Shown: in pieces, positions 1 through 10,763 of the stretch | How the letters are laid out: every line of letters begins with the position of its first letter | Numbering within the stretch: the stretch's first letter is position 1 | Assembly: GCA_963665295.1 (NCBI GenBank) | Contig: OY762209.1 | Location: forward strand, 352,001 to 416,000 | Source: Syntrophorhabdaceae bacterium | Lineage (GTDB): Bacteria; Desulfobacterota; Syntrophorhabdia; Syntrophorhabdales; Syntrophorhabdaceae | Direction of reading: 5' to 3' | DNA: 64,000 nucleotides | Program-made: the position numbers and the translations under genes | Notes under the pieces: model-generated | Seen by the model: the letters and a program-made list of their open reading frames with translations, nothing else | Told to the model about the DNA's origin: nothing | Databases searched by the model: none

Positions 1-74
1 TGATAACCGAATGATTAGTTTTCCGTTAATTCTCCGGGAAAGGCGGGGTTTTGTCCCTCGTTGCGTGTTTGCCC

Positions 75-1052
75 TCAGGCGGCAAGGTCCTTGCTGCCGT
101 CATGATAGTCGAAAAACCTTTCCACCCCTGATTCCCCCATGATGCGCCGCAATGCATTGCGGTTGAATTTCGTCAGATCCAGCAGGATCAGTCCGCAGTG
201 GGCGGCCTCACGTGAAGGGTCCGGGCCAAAGCCTATGAGTGTGCCCCCAAGCTTTATGCAATGTCTCAAATCGGGCGGGACTCCTTTGCCGTCGGCCTCT
301 ATTTCGGATATCAGCCTCGAGAGAAGGCTTACGTCCTTGAATCGGGTTTTCGAGGTTCTCATTCCCATACCCGGTTCGGCGTGCCCCACCTCGGCGACGG
401 ACCCGTCAGGCCCTGCCGTCCTCAAGATGCAGTTGTTCCTCTTGAGAAAGGAAACCATGAGCTGCCGCGATATGGGACGGTATTCGAAACCCGTGGAAGT
501 CGGGCTTATGAGGGCCTTGTAACGGGGGTTATAGGAAATAAAACGGCCGACCCCTCTCCACAACAAAGATGCAGGCGAACGGCGTCCCCGCCATTCTCTT
601 CTCACAAAGACCTTACCGATCTCCAGGGCAGGTCCTATCTGGTGAAGGAAAAGGGGCGAATAACGAAACATGGCACCCGTAAAGAGACCGCTCAGGCCGA
701 ACCTCTTCAGGATAATATCGGCCTGACCTATACGGCAGCCGCCCACTATCTCTCTTCCCTTCTTGCTCCAGATCACGAAATGGATATAGTAGAGATCGAA
801 ATGGTCGATACCGGACGTCTTCCCCCTGTCTTCCCTTTTCCCGGTAAAGGTCTTCTCTCTCAGACGGCCGAGTTCGTGGAGCGTGTAAGGTATCTGGTCG
901 GCCCTCGCCTTCAGCACGATATATTCATCATTTTCAGCCATTACGTTTATGTGCTCCCCGGACAACCGCCCCATCTCACTTCCGATCAGGTTGCCGCGGA
1001 CAGGCCGAACCGCGCACCCGGGCATCCTTCCAATCCTATCTTTGTGAACCAT
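75..1052 (-). CDS. GNAT-family N-acyltransferase (OlsB / 'putative hemolysin'-like, Acetyltransf_5)
   Basis: Motifs ELGRLRExTF, D-x-FD-x-YY-x-H, ALEIGKVFV and LLWRG are typical of this family. ATG at 1052 has an AGGAGG RBS, so the ORF-track start at 1127 is probably too long. Confidence 0.7.
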   Translation of the reverse strand: MVHKDRIGRMPGCAVRPVRGNLIGSEMGRLSGEHINVMAENDEYIVLKARADQIPYTLHELGRLREKTFTGKREDRGKTSGIDHFDLYYIHFVIWSKKGREIVGGCRIGQADIILKRFGLSGLFTGAMFRYSPLFLHQIGPALEIGKVFVRREWRGRRSPASLLWRGVGRFISYNPRYKALISPTSTGFEYRPISRQLMVSFLKRNNCILRTAGPDGSVAEVGHAEPGMGMRTSKTRFKDVSLLSRLISEIEADGKGVPPDLRHCIKLGGTLIGFGPDPSREAAHCGLILLDLTKFNRNALRRIMGESGVERFFDYHDGSKDLAA

Positions 1053-1207
1053 GGCCGCCTCCTGTTCCTGTTTTGGGCGCCTCCCTTCCGGAGCGCACCC
1101 TCTCATATCCTGAAGGATACACAGCAAATGTTAATATCCGATAAAGGCCGTGCAAGTAATGGGTTAAATAGTGTCCCGGAAGGGGTTTTCCGACGGGTCC
1201 CCGAAAA

Positions 1208-1236
1208 TTAACGATTAATTAATCCGTCCTTAACGA
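1208..1236 (+). promoter_or_regulatory. Putative Pho box upstream of the MCP (three TTAAY repeats, 11-bp period)
   Basis: TTAACGA at 1208, TTAATCC at 1219, TTAACGA at 1230. Same pattern as upstream of pstS. Confidence 0.55.
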
Positions 1237-1331
1237 GATATTCCATATGGCGGTGGTAGATATAGCGAACAGGCCGGCGGACGCTGAAAAGATGTCTTTC
1301 GCCCTGAAACCCGACCTTCAGTGGAGAGATT

Positions 1332-3905
1332 ATGACAATCAAAAGAAGGCTGCTCCTTAATATGGGCGTCACTATTATCGGAATCGCCGCCATCGGCGCG
1401 GTAAGCGTTCTGGGGCTGAACACTTTGAAAGAAAAGATACGGACCCTTACGGGAAAATCGACCCCGTTTCAGATAAAGACCCTGGAGCTTACCAAACAGC
1501 TCCAGGAACATGCGGTCAACCTCTTCGCCGTGTCGTCCGCCGGCACGCACGAGCAACTGGAGGTTGCGGCACGCGACGCGGAACAGACATTGAAGAAGGT
1601 GGGCGCCGCATCGAAGGAACTCACGTCCCTCATGGGGGAGAAGGGGAATGGCGCGTCATCCGTCCTGCCGGAGGTCACCGGCCTCACCGGGGATATGATC
1701 AGGACCGCGAGAGAGCGGATACGGACGGAAAACGAGGCGTCCGGAGCCATTTCCGCGTCGAGGGCGAAGCTCACCGACGCCTTGCAGAGGCTCGCCAACC
1801 TCCAGCAATCCATGAAGGCCCTCCAGACCGCCGCCGTGGTGAATCTCACGCGGTCAAGCAGGAACTCGAAACAGATAACGGGCGAGCTTGGCGACGTTCA
1901 GAAGATCAAGGACGGGACCCAGGAGCTTCAGATGGCCCTCACCGAAATCTATTCCGCACCGACGGATTCGGTGGTCAATGCCGCCAAGGGCAGAATACGG
2001 TTTGCACTGCAGGGTATTTCCCAGGCGGCAAAGGACCACAAACCTATCGCGGACCTTGCGGGCGAATTCGGGAAGATGACCCTCGACCAAAAAGGTCTGG
2101 CGGACATGAAGGAAGCGCTCCTCGGGACGCCCCGGGGGCCGAAGCTTGAAGATAGTTTCAGGACTGCCTACCAACGGTGCAAGAACACCATGGACAATCT
2201 GGTCATGGCGGTCAACGAAGCCCTCGACGGCACATCCCTGTCGTATCAGGCTGAAAACATCGCCCTGGACGGGACCATAAAGGCGTCGGAGGGGGTCCAT
2301 CAGATCATGGTCCTCAACAATGAAATGGTGAATACGGGGTTTGCAATTCAGAACATGGTGAATGTCCTCTTTGCCTCGAAGAGCGTCGGTGAACTTGACG
2401 CGGCGAGAAACATGCTTGTCGATAAATTCAAGGTTGCCCGGCAACTTTCCGGCAGGATAGACCGTTCCCTTTCCGCCGCGGGCAAGAAGGAGGAATGCCT
2501 GCTCATACGGCAGGTCTCTTCCTCGTTCAAGGAGATCGAAGCCGCCCTTACCGCCCGCAGCGGGGTCACGGACACGCTGAAACGCACCATGGAAGCCCAA
2601 ATCCTTTCAACGATTATGAACACCAAGCTCGGCAAGACGATCCGGGACCAGAAAGAGAAGGGCGGAAAGACCATAACCGCGGCCTATGAGGAACAGGCCG
2701 TAGCGGTGAAAACCGTGAACTTTGTGGTAAATTCCGTAACAGTGCTCGTCCTCGCCATGGGCCTTGCCGTACTCATAATGGGCGTGGTCTTCAGCAAGAT
2801 CACGGAGCGTTCCATAATGAGGCCCGTGGAATCCCTCGTTGACCTTGCCGAAAGGTTCGGAAGGGGCGATTTCTCCGCGAAGATCGACGGTTCGAAAAAC
2901 GACGAATTCGGCAGGGTGGCTGTCGGCTTTAACAGTGCCTCTTCGAAGATACGAGAGATGGCGGCGAATATGTCCTCCCTGTCCGAGGGTCTTGCCATGA
3001 GCTCGAAGCATCTCATATCCTCCGCGGAGAACCTCAGCCATAGCGCCGGCAGACAAGAGGAGGGGACTGAGCGGTCTGTCTCCGCCATTGCGGAGATGTC
3101 GCACACCAATGCGGAGACGGCGAGGAACACGGGCGAGTCGGCAGTCCGTGCGGTAGAGATGAAAAACCTTGCCCTCGACGGCAAAAACCTGCTCGGCCTC
3201 ACCTCCGGAGAGCTTGTGGAGTTTGCGAATATTACGGCCCTTTTCGGCAAGAGGATGGATGATCTCTCCATCAAATCCCATAATGTGCGGGGGATCTCGG
3301 ATATGATCCAGGATATCGCGGAACAGACCAATCTGCTTGCCCTTAACGCGGCCATCGAGGCGGCGAGGGCGGGCGACGCGGGCAGGGGCTTTGCCGTGGT
3401 GGCCGATAACGTGCGCTCCCTCTCCGAAAAGGTGTCCTCATCTGCAAAGAAGATAGACGCCCTTACCGACGCCATGTTCTCTGAGCTCAAGGCATCAGTG
3501 AAGTCCATGGACGACCAGAAGGCGGCCATCGGGCGCGTTCTCGCCCGGATAAAGGATACGGGGACCGCCATGGACGGCATCGTTCAATCCGTGGAGCAGG
3601 TGTCGGGCATGGTCGAGGCCGCCGCAATCGCCACCGGGCAACACGCGCTTACATCCCGGGATATTTCCGAGACCATGGAAAGGATGTCCCTGACCACGAA
3701 AGACCTCATGGGGTCCATACAGGAAATAGAAGACCAGGCAAAAGGCCTTGCGGCAATGGCCATGGACCTGGACGGCAAAGTCAGGTGGTTCGGAACCGAT
3801 GATGAAGGGGATCACCCTATCCCGCGGTATCCCCGTGAACCCTTCGAAGCCTGCCTTCCCACGAGAACGCTACGCGAAGACCTGAGCCCGGCCGGACCAG
3901 GTTAA
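1332..3905 (+). CDS. Methyl-accepting chemotaxis protein with large periplasmic domain
   Basis: Two TM segments, HAMP, and signalling hairpin [30 protein letters not shown]. Confidence 0.95.
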   Translation: MTIKRRLLLNMGVTIIGIAAIGAVSVLGLNTLKEKIRTLTGKSTPFQIKTLELTKQLQEHAVNLFAVSSAGTHEQLEVAARDAEQTLKKVGAASKELTSLMGEKGNGASSVLPEVTGLTGDMIRTARERIRTENEASGAISASRAKLTDALQRLANLQQSMKALQTAAVVNLTRSSRNSKQITGELGDVQKIKDGTQELQMALTEIYSAPTDSVVNAAKGRIRFALQGISQAAKDHKPIADLAGEFGKMTLDQKGLADMKEALLGTPRGPKLEDSFRTAYQRCKNTMDNLVMAVNEALDGTSLSYQAENIALDGTIKASEGVHQIMVLNNEMVNTGFAIQNMVNVLFASKSVGELDAARNMLVDKFKVARQLSGRIDRSLSAAGKKEECLLIRQVSSSFKEIEAALTARSGVTDTLKRTMEAQILSTIMNTKLGKTIRDQKEKGGKTITAAYEEQAVAVKTVNFVVNSVTVLVLAMGLAVLIMGVVFSKITERSIMRPVESLVDLAERFGRGDFSAKIDGSKNDEFGRVAVGFNSASSKIREMAANMSSLSEGLAMSSKHLISSAENLSHSAGRQEEGTERSVSAIAEMSHTNAETARNTGESAVRAVEMKNLALDGKNLLGLTSGELVEFANITALFGKRMDDLSIKSHNVRGISDMIQDIAEQTNLLALNAAIEAARAGDAGRGFAVVADNVRSLSEKVSSSAKKIDALTDAMFSELKASVKSMDDQKAAIGRVLARIKDTGTAMDGIVQSVEQVSGMVEAAAIATGQHALTSRDISETMERMSLTTKDLMGSIQEIEDQAKGLAAMAMDLDGKVRWFGTDDEGDHPIPRYPREPFEACLPTRTLREDLSPAGPG

Positions 3906-3907
3906 CC

Positions 3908-5755
3908 TCATGCCGCGGGGCCGGAGATGTAGTCCGCGTCGCCGTCGGCAACGGGGGCGTGTGCCCGGGAGAGGGAGAGCACGGAGCTTTCGGTCCGGGG
4001 CATGAGGTTCTCGAAGGCGATCTTGTCGGGGGCGCTCTTGGCCCTGTGCTTGAGTGTCGCTATGGTCTGGGCTATGTCCTCCAGCGTGAGGTCGAATGTC
4101 CCTTCGCACAGGAAAAGGACGGCGGCGCTCACCGTGAGCAGGGGCACCCGGACCATTTCACCTTCCCTGTTCTTTGCAACTATATGACCGGCCCTCTTCG
4201 CTCCGTCGTCATAGAGGTTGACGGCGTCCTCCCGGAACTTTTCCACTATCTTCCCGACCACGCTCATGTATGAGTCGCCGTCTCTCCCGCAGGCCGCGGA
4301 GGCGAAGAAATCATCCCCGCCGATGTGGCCCACGAACATCTGGTGCATGTGGGAGACCTCTTTCAGAATGTCGGCGAAGAGCAGTATAGCCCTGTCCCCT
4401 CTCCTGAACCCGTATACGTCGTTAAAGGGCTTGAAGTTGTCGAAGTCGAAATAGACGAACATGTACCCCTTTTCCTTGCTTTCCAGGGCCTGGGCAATAT
4501 GGCTGTTGATGATCGTGTTGCCGGGGAGCTTCGTGAGGGGGTTCTGGTCCCGGGCGATGGTAAGGTTCTTTTCATTGAGTACGTTGAGAAGGGCGAGCAT
4601 GCTGAGATAACCTATGTATCTGCCGTTTTCCGTGACGATAATCGCTTCGCAGTTCTTGTTCATGGTACAGATCTCGAGGATCTTTTCCACTTCCGTGGTA
4701 ATTTCGGCCACCGGCATCTTGGTGAGGAAATTAAGGAGGGTCATTCCGAGCCGCTGGTTCTTGAGCAGGTCCTTTCCGTAAGGGGAGTACACGTATTCCT
4801 TGAGGTCCTTTTCACTCACGATCCCCAGGGGTTCGTGGTTGCTGTTCACCACGGGAAGGTACGTCACGGACTTGTGGGTCCGGAAGACTTCAAAGAGGTG
4901 CGGGATGGAATGCTCGGGGTAGCGGATAGGCTCCATGTATTCCATCCGGCTGTAGATGAGCCTCTCGTCGGAAGACGTCTTCCTGCGGTTCTTCCGGTTG
5001 AAGGCTGCGACGGCTTCGTATTTGTATTCCAGTTCCGACACCTGCCGGGTGGGCCTCTGAACGAGAAAACCCTGCACGAAGTCACAGCCCATGTCATGGC
5101 AGACATAGAACTCCTTTTCCGTCTCCACTCCTTCGGCAATAACCTGGATGCCCAGCACATGGGCAAGCTTTATTACGTTGGAGACGAAGAGCCTCTTTTT
5201 CGGGTCGTTTTCGATTTCGGCAATAAAGAACCTGTCTATTTTAATGAAATCGGGCTCCGAATGATAGAGCAGCCTGAGACCGGAGAAGCCCGTCCCGAAG
5301 TCGTCTATCGCTATCTTGTATGCCTGCTGCTTATAGGCGTTGAAGGTGTCGGTAGTCTCCCGGCAGAACACGAGTTCGTGTTTTTCCGATATCTCGAAAC
5401 AGACCGAGCTCCGGCTCAGGCCGTAGCCTTCCAGCAATTCCGAGGTGGCCCCGGGACTGTAGTCCGGTGTCAGAAGGACCCTGTTATCCACGTTGTAAAA
5501 GAGTTTCACTTTGTTTTGAAAGGCGATGGCGGCAAACTTCCTTATGGCCCGGTCCCTCAGGAGCAGGTCAACGCCGAAGAGACATTCCTCGTCGTAGGCG
5601 GCGTCGAAGAGGTCTTCTATGGTTTCAAACCCGGCCGATTCGTGCCCCCTCATGAGGGCCTCGACCCCGTAGCAGATACCAGTGTGAATGTTGATAATCG
5701 GTTGAAACGCATAGTCGATGCATTCCGCGTATTCGGTCCATTTCCGGTCGATCAT
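3908..5755 (-). CDS. EAL-CBS-GGDEF c-di-GMP phosphodiesterase/cyclase
   Basis: EAL motif, DDFGTGFS, a CBS-like pair and GGDDF. Start is uncertain (5755, 5797 or 5815); 5815 overlaps the upstream repeat boxes. Confidence 0.9.
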   Translation of the reverse strand: MIDRKWTEYAECIDYAFQPIINIHTGICYGVEALMRGHESAGFETIEDLFDAAYDEECLFGVDLLLRDRAIRKFAAIAFQNKVKLFYNVDNRVLLTPDYSPGATSELLEGYGLSRSSVCFEISEKHELVFCRETTDTFNAYKQQAYKIAIDDFGTGFSGLRLLYHSEPDFIKIDRFFIAEIENDPKKRLFVSNVIKLAHVLGIQVIAEGVETEKEFYVCHDMGCDFVQGFLVQRPTRQVSELEYKYEAVAAFNRKNRRKTSSDERLIYSRMEYMEPIRYPEHSIPHLFEVFRTHKSVTYLPVVNSNHEPLGIVSEKDLKEYVYSPYGKDLLKNQRLGMTLLNFLTKMPVAEITTEVEKILEICTMNKNCEAIIVTENGRYIGYLSMLALLNVLNEKNLTIARDQNPLTKLPGNTIINSHIAQALESKEKGYMFVYFDFDNFKPFNDVYGFRRGDRAILLFADILKEVSHMHQMFVGHIGGDDFFASAACGRDGDSYMSVVGKIVEKFREDAVNLYDDGAKRAGHIVAKNREGEMVRVPLLTVSAAVLFLCEGTFDLTLEDIAQTIATLKHRAKSAPDKIAFENLMPRTESSVLSLSRAHAPVADGDADYISGPAA

Positions 5756-5812
5756 TATCCTACCCCCAGGCCGGTCGAGTTCCGGCTTTCCGCTCATCTT
5801 AATCGGATGAAA

Positions 5813-5852
5813 CATTTAGGAATTGGTTAAGGCAATATTAAGTTTTGGTTAA
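5813..5852 (-). promoter_or_regulatory. Putative Pho box upstream of the EAL-GGDEF gene (four repeats, 11-bp period)
   Basis: Minus strand reads TTAACCA-N4-TTAATAT-N4-TTAACCA-N4-CTAAATG. Confidence 0.6.
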
Positions 5853-5992
5853 TTATTTCATCTCAAATAGTTACGCATCCTTTTTGTATTGACTTTTGAA
5901 CGGACTTGCCTGCAAATTACAGAAAAAGCGTGGTTATTTTCCACCATGACCATGGTTTGCGATCACGAAGCAACAGGAAGAGCGGAGGATGC

Positions 5993-6673
5993 ATGAGCAC
6001 ATTAATCGCCGTCGTTGATGACGAACCGGACATCGTAGAACTTGTGACGCTCAATCTCGAAAGGGCGGGGTTCAGGGTCCGGAGCTTTCCGGAGGCAGAC
6101 CCCTTCCTGCGTTTCCTCAACTCCGAGATACCGGCCCTCATCATACTCGACCTCATGCTTCCGGATACGAATGGTTTGGAGATATGCAAGCACCTCAAGG
6201 CCCATGACGCTTACGCCCCTATACCTATCATCATGCTCACCGCCCGGACCGAGGAGACCGAAAAGGTGCTCGGCCTCGAACTGGGGGCCGATGATTATGT
6301 GACCAAGCCTTTCTCTCCGAGAGAGCTGACGGCAAGGGTCAAAGCGGTCCTGCGCCGGCCGGAGCAGCGCCGGGAGACGAAGAAGATCTTCGTGGACGAC
6401 ACGCTGGTCATCGACCTCGAAAGGTACGAGGTGAGCGTGGAGAACAGGAAGGTTGACCTCACGCCCACCGAATTCAGGATCCTCCAGCTTCTCAGCTCAA
6501 AAAGGGGCCGGGTGCAATCACGGGACCAGATCCTCAATTTCCTCTGGGGTCAGGACAAGACCGTCATCGACAGGACTATAGATGTTCATATCCGCCATTT
6601 GAGGGATAAGCTGGGTGGAGCCTCCGCGCTCATCAAGAACGTGCGCGGCATGGGCTACAAGATCGAAGGATGA
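5993..6673 (+). CDS. phoB: OmpR/PhoB-family response regulator
   Basis: REC domain (DD, DLMLP, KPF) plus winged-helix output (RTIDVHIRHLR). GGAGG RBS before ATG 5993. Directly upstream of phoR-pst. Confidence 0.9.
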   Translation: MSTLIAVVDDEPDIVELVTLNLERAGFRVRSFPEADPFLRFLNSEIPALIILDLMLPDTNGLEICKHLKAHDAYAPIPIIMLTARTEETEKVLGLELGADDYVTKPFSPRELTARVKAVLRRPEQRRETKKIFVDDTLVIDLERYEVSVENRKVDLTPTEFRILQLLSSKRGRVQSRDQILNFLWGQDKTVIDRTIDVHIRHLRDKLGGASALIKNVRGMGYKIEG

Positions 6674-8415
6674 AAAGGTCCATTTTTGTCAAGATATTCA
6701 CCGGGTACATTACTGTGGCCCTTCTCCTGTCGGGACTTATCCTTGCCTCTTCTTTCCCCGCGGTCCGCGAGTTTTACGTTGACAGCACGGCAAGAGACCT
6801 CAAGAACCTCGGGATAGCCTTCGGGGCGAGCGCATCACCCCTCGTCGCCGGTGGAAACGTTTCCGAACTTGACGCGCTCGCGAAGAGGATCGGGAAAGAG
6901 ATAAATACACGGATTACCGTCATCGCCCCCGATGGCCGGGTCTTGGCCGACTCCGAGGCCGACCCCCGGACCATGGAGAACCACCGGACGCGGACCGAGG
7001 TCCTTCAGGCGCTGGAAGGCGGGGCAGGCAAGTTCGTGAGACTGAGCGACACCCTCAAGGAAGAAATGCTCTATGTCGCCTTGCCCCTGAGGCACGGGGA
7101 AAGGACGATCGGGGTAGTGAGGTTCAGCCTCTTCCTCAAGGAAATAAACCAGACCATGAACCAGTTCAGGATAAAGATCCTCGCCGTTACCTTCATAATC
7201 CTCTGCCTGTCCCTTTTCGTGGCAATGCTCTTTTCGAGAAGTCTGTCGAGGCCCATCAGGGAATTGAGCGCCGCGTCGAAGAAGGTTGCGGCCCAGGACT
7301 TCAACGTGAGGGTCTTCTTAAGAAATCAGGACGAACTCAAGGATCTTGCCGACAATTTCAATGCCATGATCGCGCAGATACGGAGCCTCTTTGCCGAGTT
7401 GACCCGTCAGAAGGGGGAACTTGCCGGCATTATCTCGTCTTTACAGGAGGGTCTCCTCGTGCTCGACCGGAATGACGTGGTACTGCTCTCGAACGAAAGC
7501 TTCAGGCGGATTGTCCCGGCGTCTGCCACGGAAGGAAGATTTTACTGGGAAATATTCAGGGAGCCCCGGTTCGACGAACTGGTCGGGAAGGTGCGCGGCG
7601 CGAGACAGAACCATATGGAGGAGATCGAGTTCAGCGGAAGGATATTCCTTTGCAGCGCGACCTTCCTCGAATCGGAGGGTGGAATCGCGACGGTCTTTCA
7701 CGACATCACCCAGATCAAGAACCTTGAGATGATCAAGACCGATTTCGTGCTCAACGTGTCCCATGAACTCCGGACGCCGCTCACCGCGATCAAGGGGTTT
7801 GCCGAAACCCTTCAGGAGGTCTCGAAAGATGAGGATATAAGGCACTACGTGAGCATAATCAGGAGGAACACGGACAGGCTCATTAACATCATCAACGACC
7901 TCCTCACCATTTCCCGCCTCGAGGCGAAAGAGGTCGAACCTCAGTTCGCCCCGGTCAGCCTGAAGGACCTCGTCGAAGACGTGGTGAAGATATTCGATTC
8001 AAGGCTGCGTGAAAAGAACCTTTACCTGAGGCAGGCCGTTGATGACGACCTCCCCGTGATCGAGGCCGACCCCTTCAGGCTCGAACAGATGTTCATCAAC
8101 CTTGTCGATAACGCTGTAAAATATTCGGAGAGCGGCGGTATCGATATCACTCTGAAAAGAAGCGGGCGCGCCGTGGCGATTACCGTCAAGGATACGGGCA
8201 TAGGCATATCGAAGGAACATCTGGCCCGCATATTCGAGCGTTTTTATGTGGTCGACAAGTCCCGTTCCAGGAAGATGGGCGGCACGGGTCTGGGCCTGTC
8301 CATCGTAAAGCACGTGGTGATGCTCCATAAGGGCACTATTGAAGTGAACAGCTCCGTAGGGACGGGCACCACCTTTACGATCATCCTGCCGGAGAAACCC
8401 GGAAGGCCCCTGTAG
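6670..8415 (+). CDS. phoR: Phosphate regulon sensor histidine kinase
   Basis: TM-HAMP-PAS-HisKA (NVSHELRTPLT)-HATPase (RFYVVDKSRSRKMGGTGLGL). ATGA overlap with phoB. Confidence 0.9.
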   Translation: MKRSIFVKIFTGYITVALLLSGLILASSFPAVREFYVDSTARDLKNLGIAFGASASPLVAGGNVSELDALAKRIGKEINTRITVIAPDGRVLADSEADPRTMENHRTRTEVLQALEGGAGKFVRLSDTLKEEMLYVALPLRHGERTIGVVRFSLFLKEINQTMNQFRIKILAVTFIILCLSLFVAMLFSRSLSRPIRELSAASKKVAAQDFNVRVFLRNQDELKDLADNFNAMIAQIRSLFAELTRQKGELAGIISSLQEGLLVLDRNDVVLLSNESFRRIVPASATEGRFYWEIFREPRFDELVGKVRGARQNHMEEIEFSGRIFLCSATFLESEGGIATVFHDITQIKNLEMIKTDFVLNVSHELRTPLTAIKGFAETLQEVSKDEDIRHYVSIIRRNTDRLINIINDLLTISRLEAKEVEPQFAPVSLKDLVEDVVKIFDSRLREKNLYLRQAVDDDLPVIEADPFRLEQMFINLVDNAVKYSESGGIDITLKRSGRAVAITVKDTGIGISKEHLARIFERFYVVDKSRSRKMGGTGLGLSIVKHVVMLHKGTIEVNSSVGTGTTFTIILPEKPGRPL

Positions 8416-8461
8416 ACCCTTTTGCGCCGGACCGCTTCAATGCTCCTGCGAACAAAGACCC

Positions 8462-8501
8462 TTAACACAAAATTAACACTTCGTTAATACTGCACTAACA
8501 C
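8462..8501 (+). promoter_or_regulatory. Pho box of the pstS promoter (four direct repeats, 11-bp period)
   Basis: TTAACAC at 8462, TTAACAC at 8473, TTAATAC at 8484, CTAACAC at 8495, followed by an AT-rich -10-like element. Confidence 0.75.
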
Positions 8502-8620
8502 ACCTTTTGTATAGTATAGCCGGTTAGGACAGGGAGGCGCACCGGTTAATTAAGGGTTTCTAATGCCGGCTTAACATGGCCTGCATACATTATGATCAAT
8601 TCAACGTGGAGGTATATCTC

Positions 8621-9670
8621 ATGAAAAACGTCGTTAAGCTGGTTCTACTGGTGGCAATCGTAAGCCTTGTATTCGCGAACGCGTCATGGTCCAGGGAACA
8701 GGAGCTTCTCGGGGCAGGCGCGACCTTCCCCCAGCCCCTCTATTCGAAACTCTTCGACTCTTACAACCAGCAGTACGGGGTGAAGGTCAATTACCAGGGG
8801 ATAGGCTCGGGCGGGGGCATCAACCAGCTCATAAAACGGACCGTGGACTTCGGCGGGACTGATGCGTTCATGACCCAAAAGGAGCTGAAGGAGGCCGGCT
8901 CCCCGGTGCTCCACATTCCCACATGCCTCGGGGCGGTGGTAGTCACCTATAACCTTCCGGGAAACCCGAAACTCAAGTTCACCCCCGACCTCATCGCCGA
9001 CATCTTCCTCGGCAAGATAAGCAAGTGGAACGATCCGAAGATCGCCGCCCTTAATCCTGACACGAAGCTGCCCGATCAGGCGATAAGCGTGGTCCACCGG
9101 GCCGATGGAAGCGGAACCACCTATATCTTCAGCGAGTATCTCACCAAAGTGAACAAGGACTGGAAAGAAAAGGTCGGCGCGGGAAAGTCTCTCAACTGGC
9201 CCGCGGGACAGATCGGTCAGAAAGGGAACCCCGGGGTTGCGGGATATGTAAAACAGACGCCAGGCGGGATCGGATATGTGGAGTTGATCTACGCCCTTCA
9301 GAACAAGATGGTTTATGGGGTCATAAAGAACAAATCGGGCAAATTCATCGAGCCTACCATCAAGGCGGTGAGCGCCTCCGCGAACGTGAGGCTGCCCGAC
9401 GACACGAACGCATCCCTCACGGACACCGACGCCCCCGATGGATACCCCATAAGCAGCTTCACGTGGCTCATATTCTATAAGGAACAGAACTATGGCGGCA
9501 AATCGAAAGAGAAGGCCGAGGCCCTCGCCAAAATGATGCGTTGGGTGGTCACCGACGGCCAGAAGCTTGTGGAGCCCCTTCAGTATTCACCTCTGCCCAA
9601 AGAGGCGGTGTCGAAGTCACTGAAGATTATTCAGTCCATTACCTTTAACGGCGCCCCGCTCGTCAAGTAG
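8621..9670 (+). CDS. pstS: Phosphate ABC transporter substrate-binding protein
   Basis: Signal peptide, GAGATFP, GSGGG, HRADGSGTT. GGAGG RBS before 8621. Confidence 0.95.
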   Translation: MKNVVKLVLLVAIVSLVFANASWSREQELLGAGATFPQPLYSKLFDSYNQQYGVKVNYQGIGSGGGINQLIKRTVDFGGTDAFMTQKELKEAGSPVLHIPTCLGAVVVTYNLPGNPKLKFTPDLIADIFLGKISKWNDPKIAALNPDTKLPDQAISVVHRADGSGTTYIFSEYLTKVNKDWKEKVGAGKSLNWPAGQIGQKGNPGVAGYVKQTPGGIGYVELIYALQNKMVYGVIKNKSGKFIEPTIKAVSASANVRLPDDTNASLTDTDAPDGYPISSFTWLIFYKEQNYGGKSKEKAEALAKMMRWVVTDGQKLVEPLQYSPLPKEAVSKSLKIIQSITFNGAPLVK

Positions 9671-9705
9671 CGCCGCAAGGGCGGGCATCTCACCCGCGAG
9701 CAGGT

Positions 9706-9736
9706 CCGGACGCCCGGGGAGGGTCCCCGGGTCCGG
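9706..9736 (+). terminator. GC-rich stem-loop between pstS and pstC (mRNA stabiliser or partial terminator)
   Basis: CCGGA-CG-CCCGGGGA-GGG-TCCCCGGG-TCCGG. No U-tract follows. Confidence 0.4.
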
Positions 9737-9842
9737 GCTGTGATAAAGGTGTTGATCCGGCGCGTATGCCGTAATGGGAAGAGGGCCGGCTTCCACGAGA
9801 CTCGAAAGGGATTGCCATGAATGGGAAAGGAGTTTTACACGG

Positions 9843-10763
9843 ATGAAGGATGGTTGCGAAGTCACAAGACCCGCCTATGTGGATAAATCGGAGAGAAGGT
9901 TCAATGCAGTGCTTGTGATCTCGGCCCTCTTCATGGTCGTGCTCCTTCTCGCCGTCTTCTTCACCCTCCTCGTATCATCCATACCCGCCATCAAGGCCTT
10001 CGGTGCAGCCTTCCTCTATGGTAAAGCATGGAACCCCGCAACCGACACCTTCGGCGCCCTCCCTTTCCTCGCAGGAACGCTGCTCACTTCGTTCCTCGCC
10101 CTCATCCTGTCCATACCCTTTTCCATAGGCATCTCCATATTTCTCGGCGAGTATCTCAAGACAGGGCCCGTCTCGACCTGCTTAAGGAGCGCCATCGAGG
10201 TCCTTGCGGGTATACCCTCCGTCATATATGGTCTCTGGGGACTATTCCTCCTCATGCCCCTGGTCCGCTCCCTTGAAAAGTTTGTTGGTGCGGATCCCCA
10301 TGGCGTGGGGATTTTCACGTCCGCCATTATTCTCGCCATCATGGTCATCCCCTTTTCCGCCTCCATCGGGAGAGAAGTGATCACCCTCGTCCCCGCCGAC
10401 CTGAAAGAGGCGGCCTATTCCCTGGGAGCCACGAGGTTCGAGGTCATAAAGAACGTGATCGTCCCCTATGCCCGCTCGGGCATTATCGCGGGCATCCTTC
10501 TTGCCCTCGGGAGGGCCATCGGGGAAACCATGGCGGTTACCATGCTCATCGGAAACAGCAACTTTCTTCCCACAAGCCTTTTCAGTCCCGCAAATACCAT
10601 GGCCAGCGTGATTGCCAACGAGTTTGCCGAAGCGACGGGCACCATGCTTTCCTCACTCGTATATGTGGGGCTCGTGCTTTTCCTGGTCACCACCCTGGTC
10701 AATATGGTGGGCAACTACGTGATCAAGAAGATCAGCGTGGAGTCGTCGAGGGAGGCGGGATGA
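9843..10763 (+). CDS. pstC: Phosphate ABC transporter permease
   Basis: LAGIPSVIYGLWG, EAAYSLGATR and GRAIGETMAV. Start uncertain; AAGGAG precedes 9843. Confidence 0.93.
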   Translation: MKDGCEVTRPAYVDKSERRFNAVLVISALFMVVLLLAVFFTLLVSSIPAIKAFGAAFLYGKAWNPATDTFGALPFLAGTLLTSFLALILSIPFSIGISIFLGEYLKTGPVSTCLRSAIEVLAGIPSVIYGLWGLFLLMPLVRSLEKFVGADPHGVGIFTSAIILAIMVIPFSASIGREVITLVPADLKEAAYSLGATRFEVIKNVIVPYARSGIIAGILLALGRAIGETMAVTMLIGNSNFLPTSLFSPANTMASVIANEFAEATGTMLSSLVYVGLVLFLVTTLVNMVGNYVIKKISVESSREAG

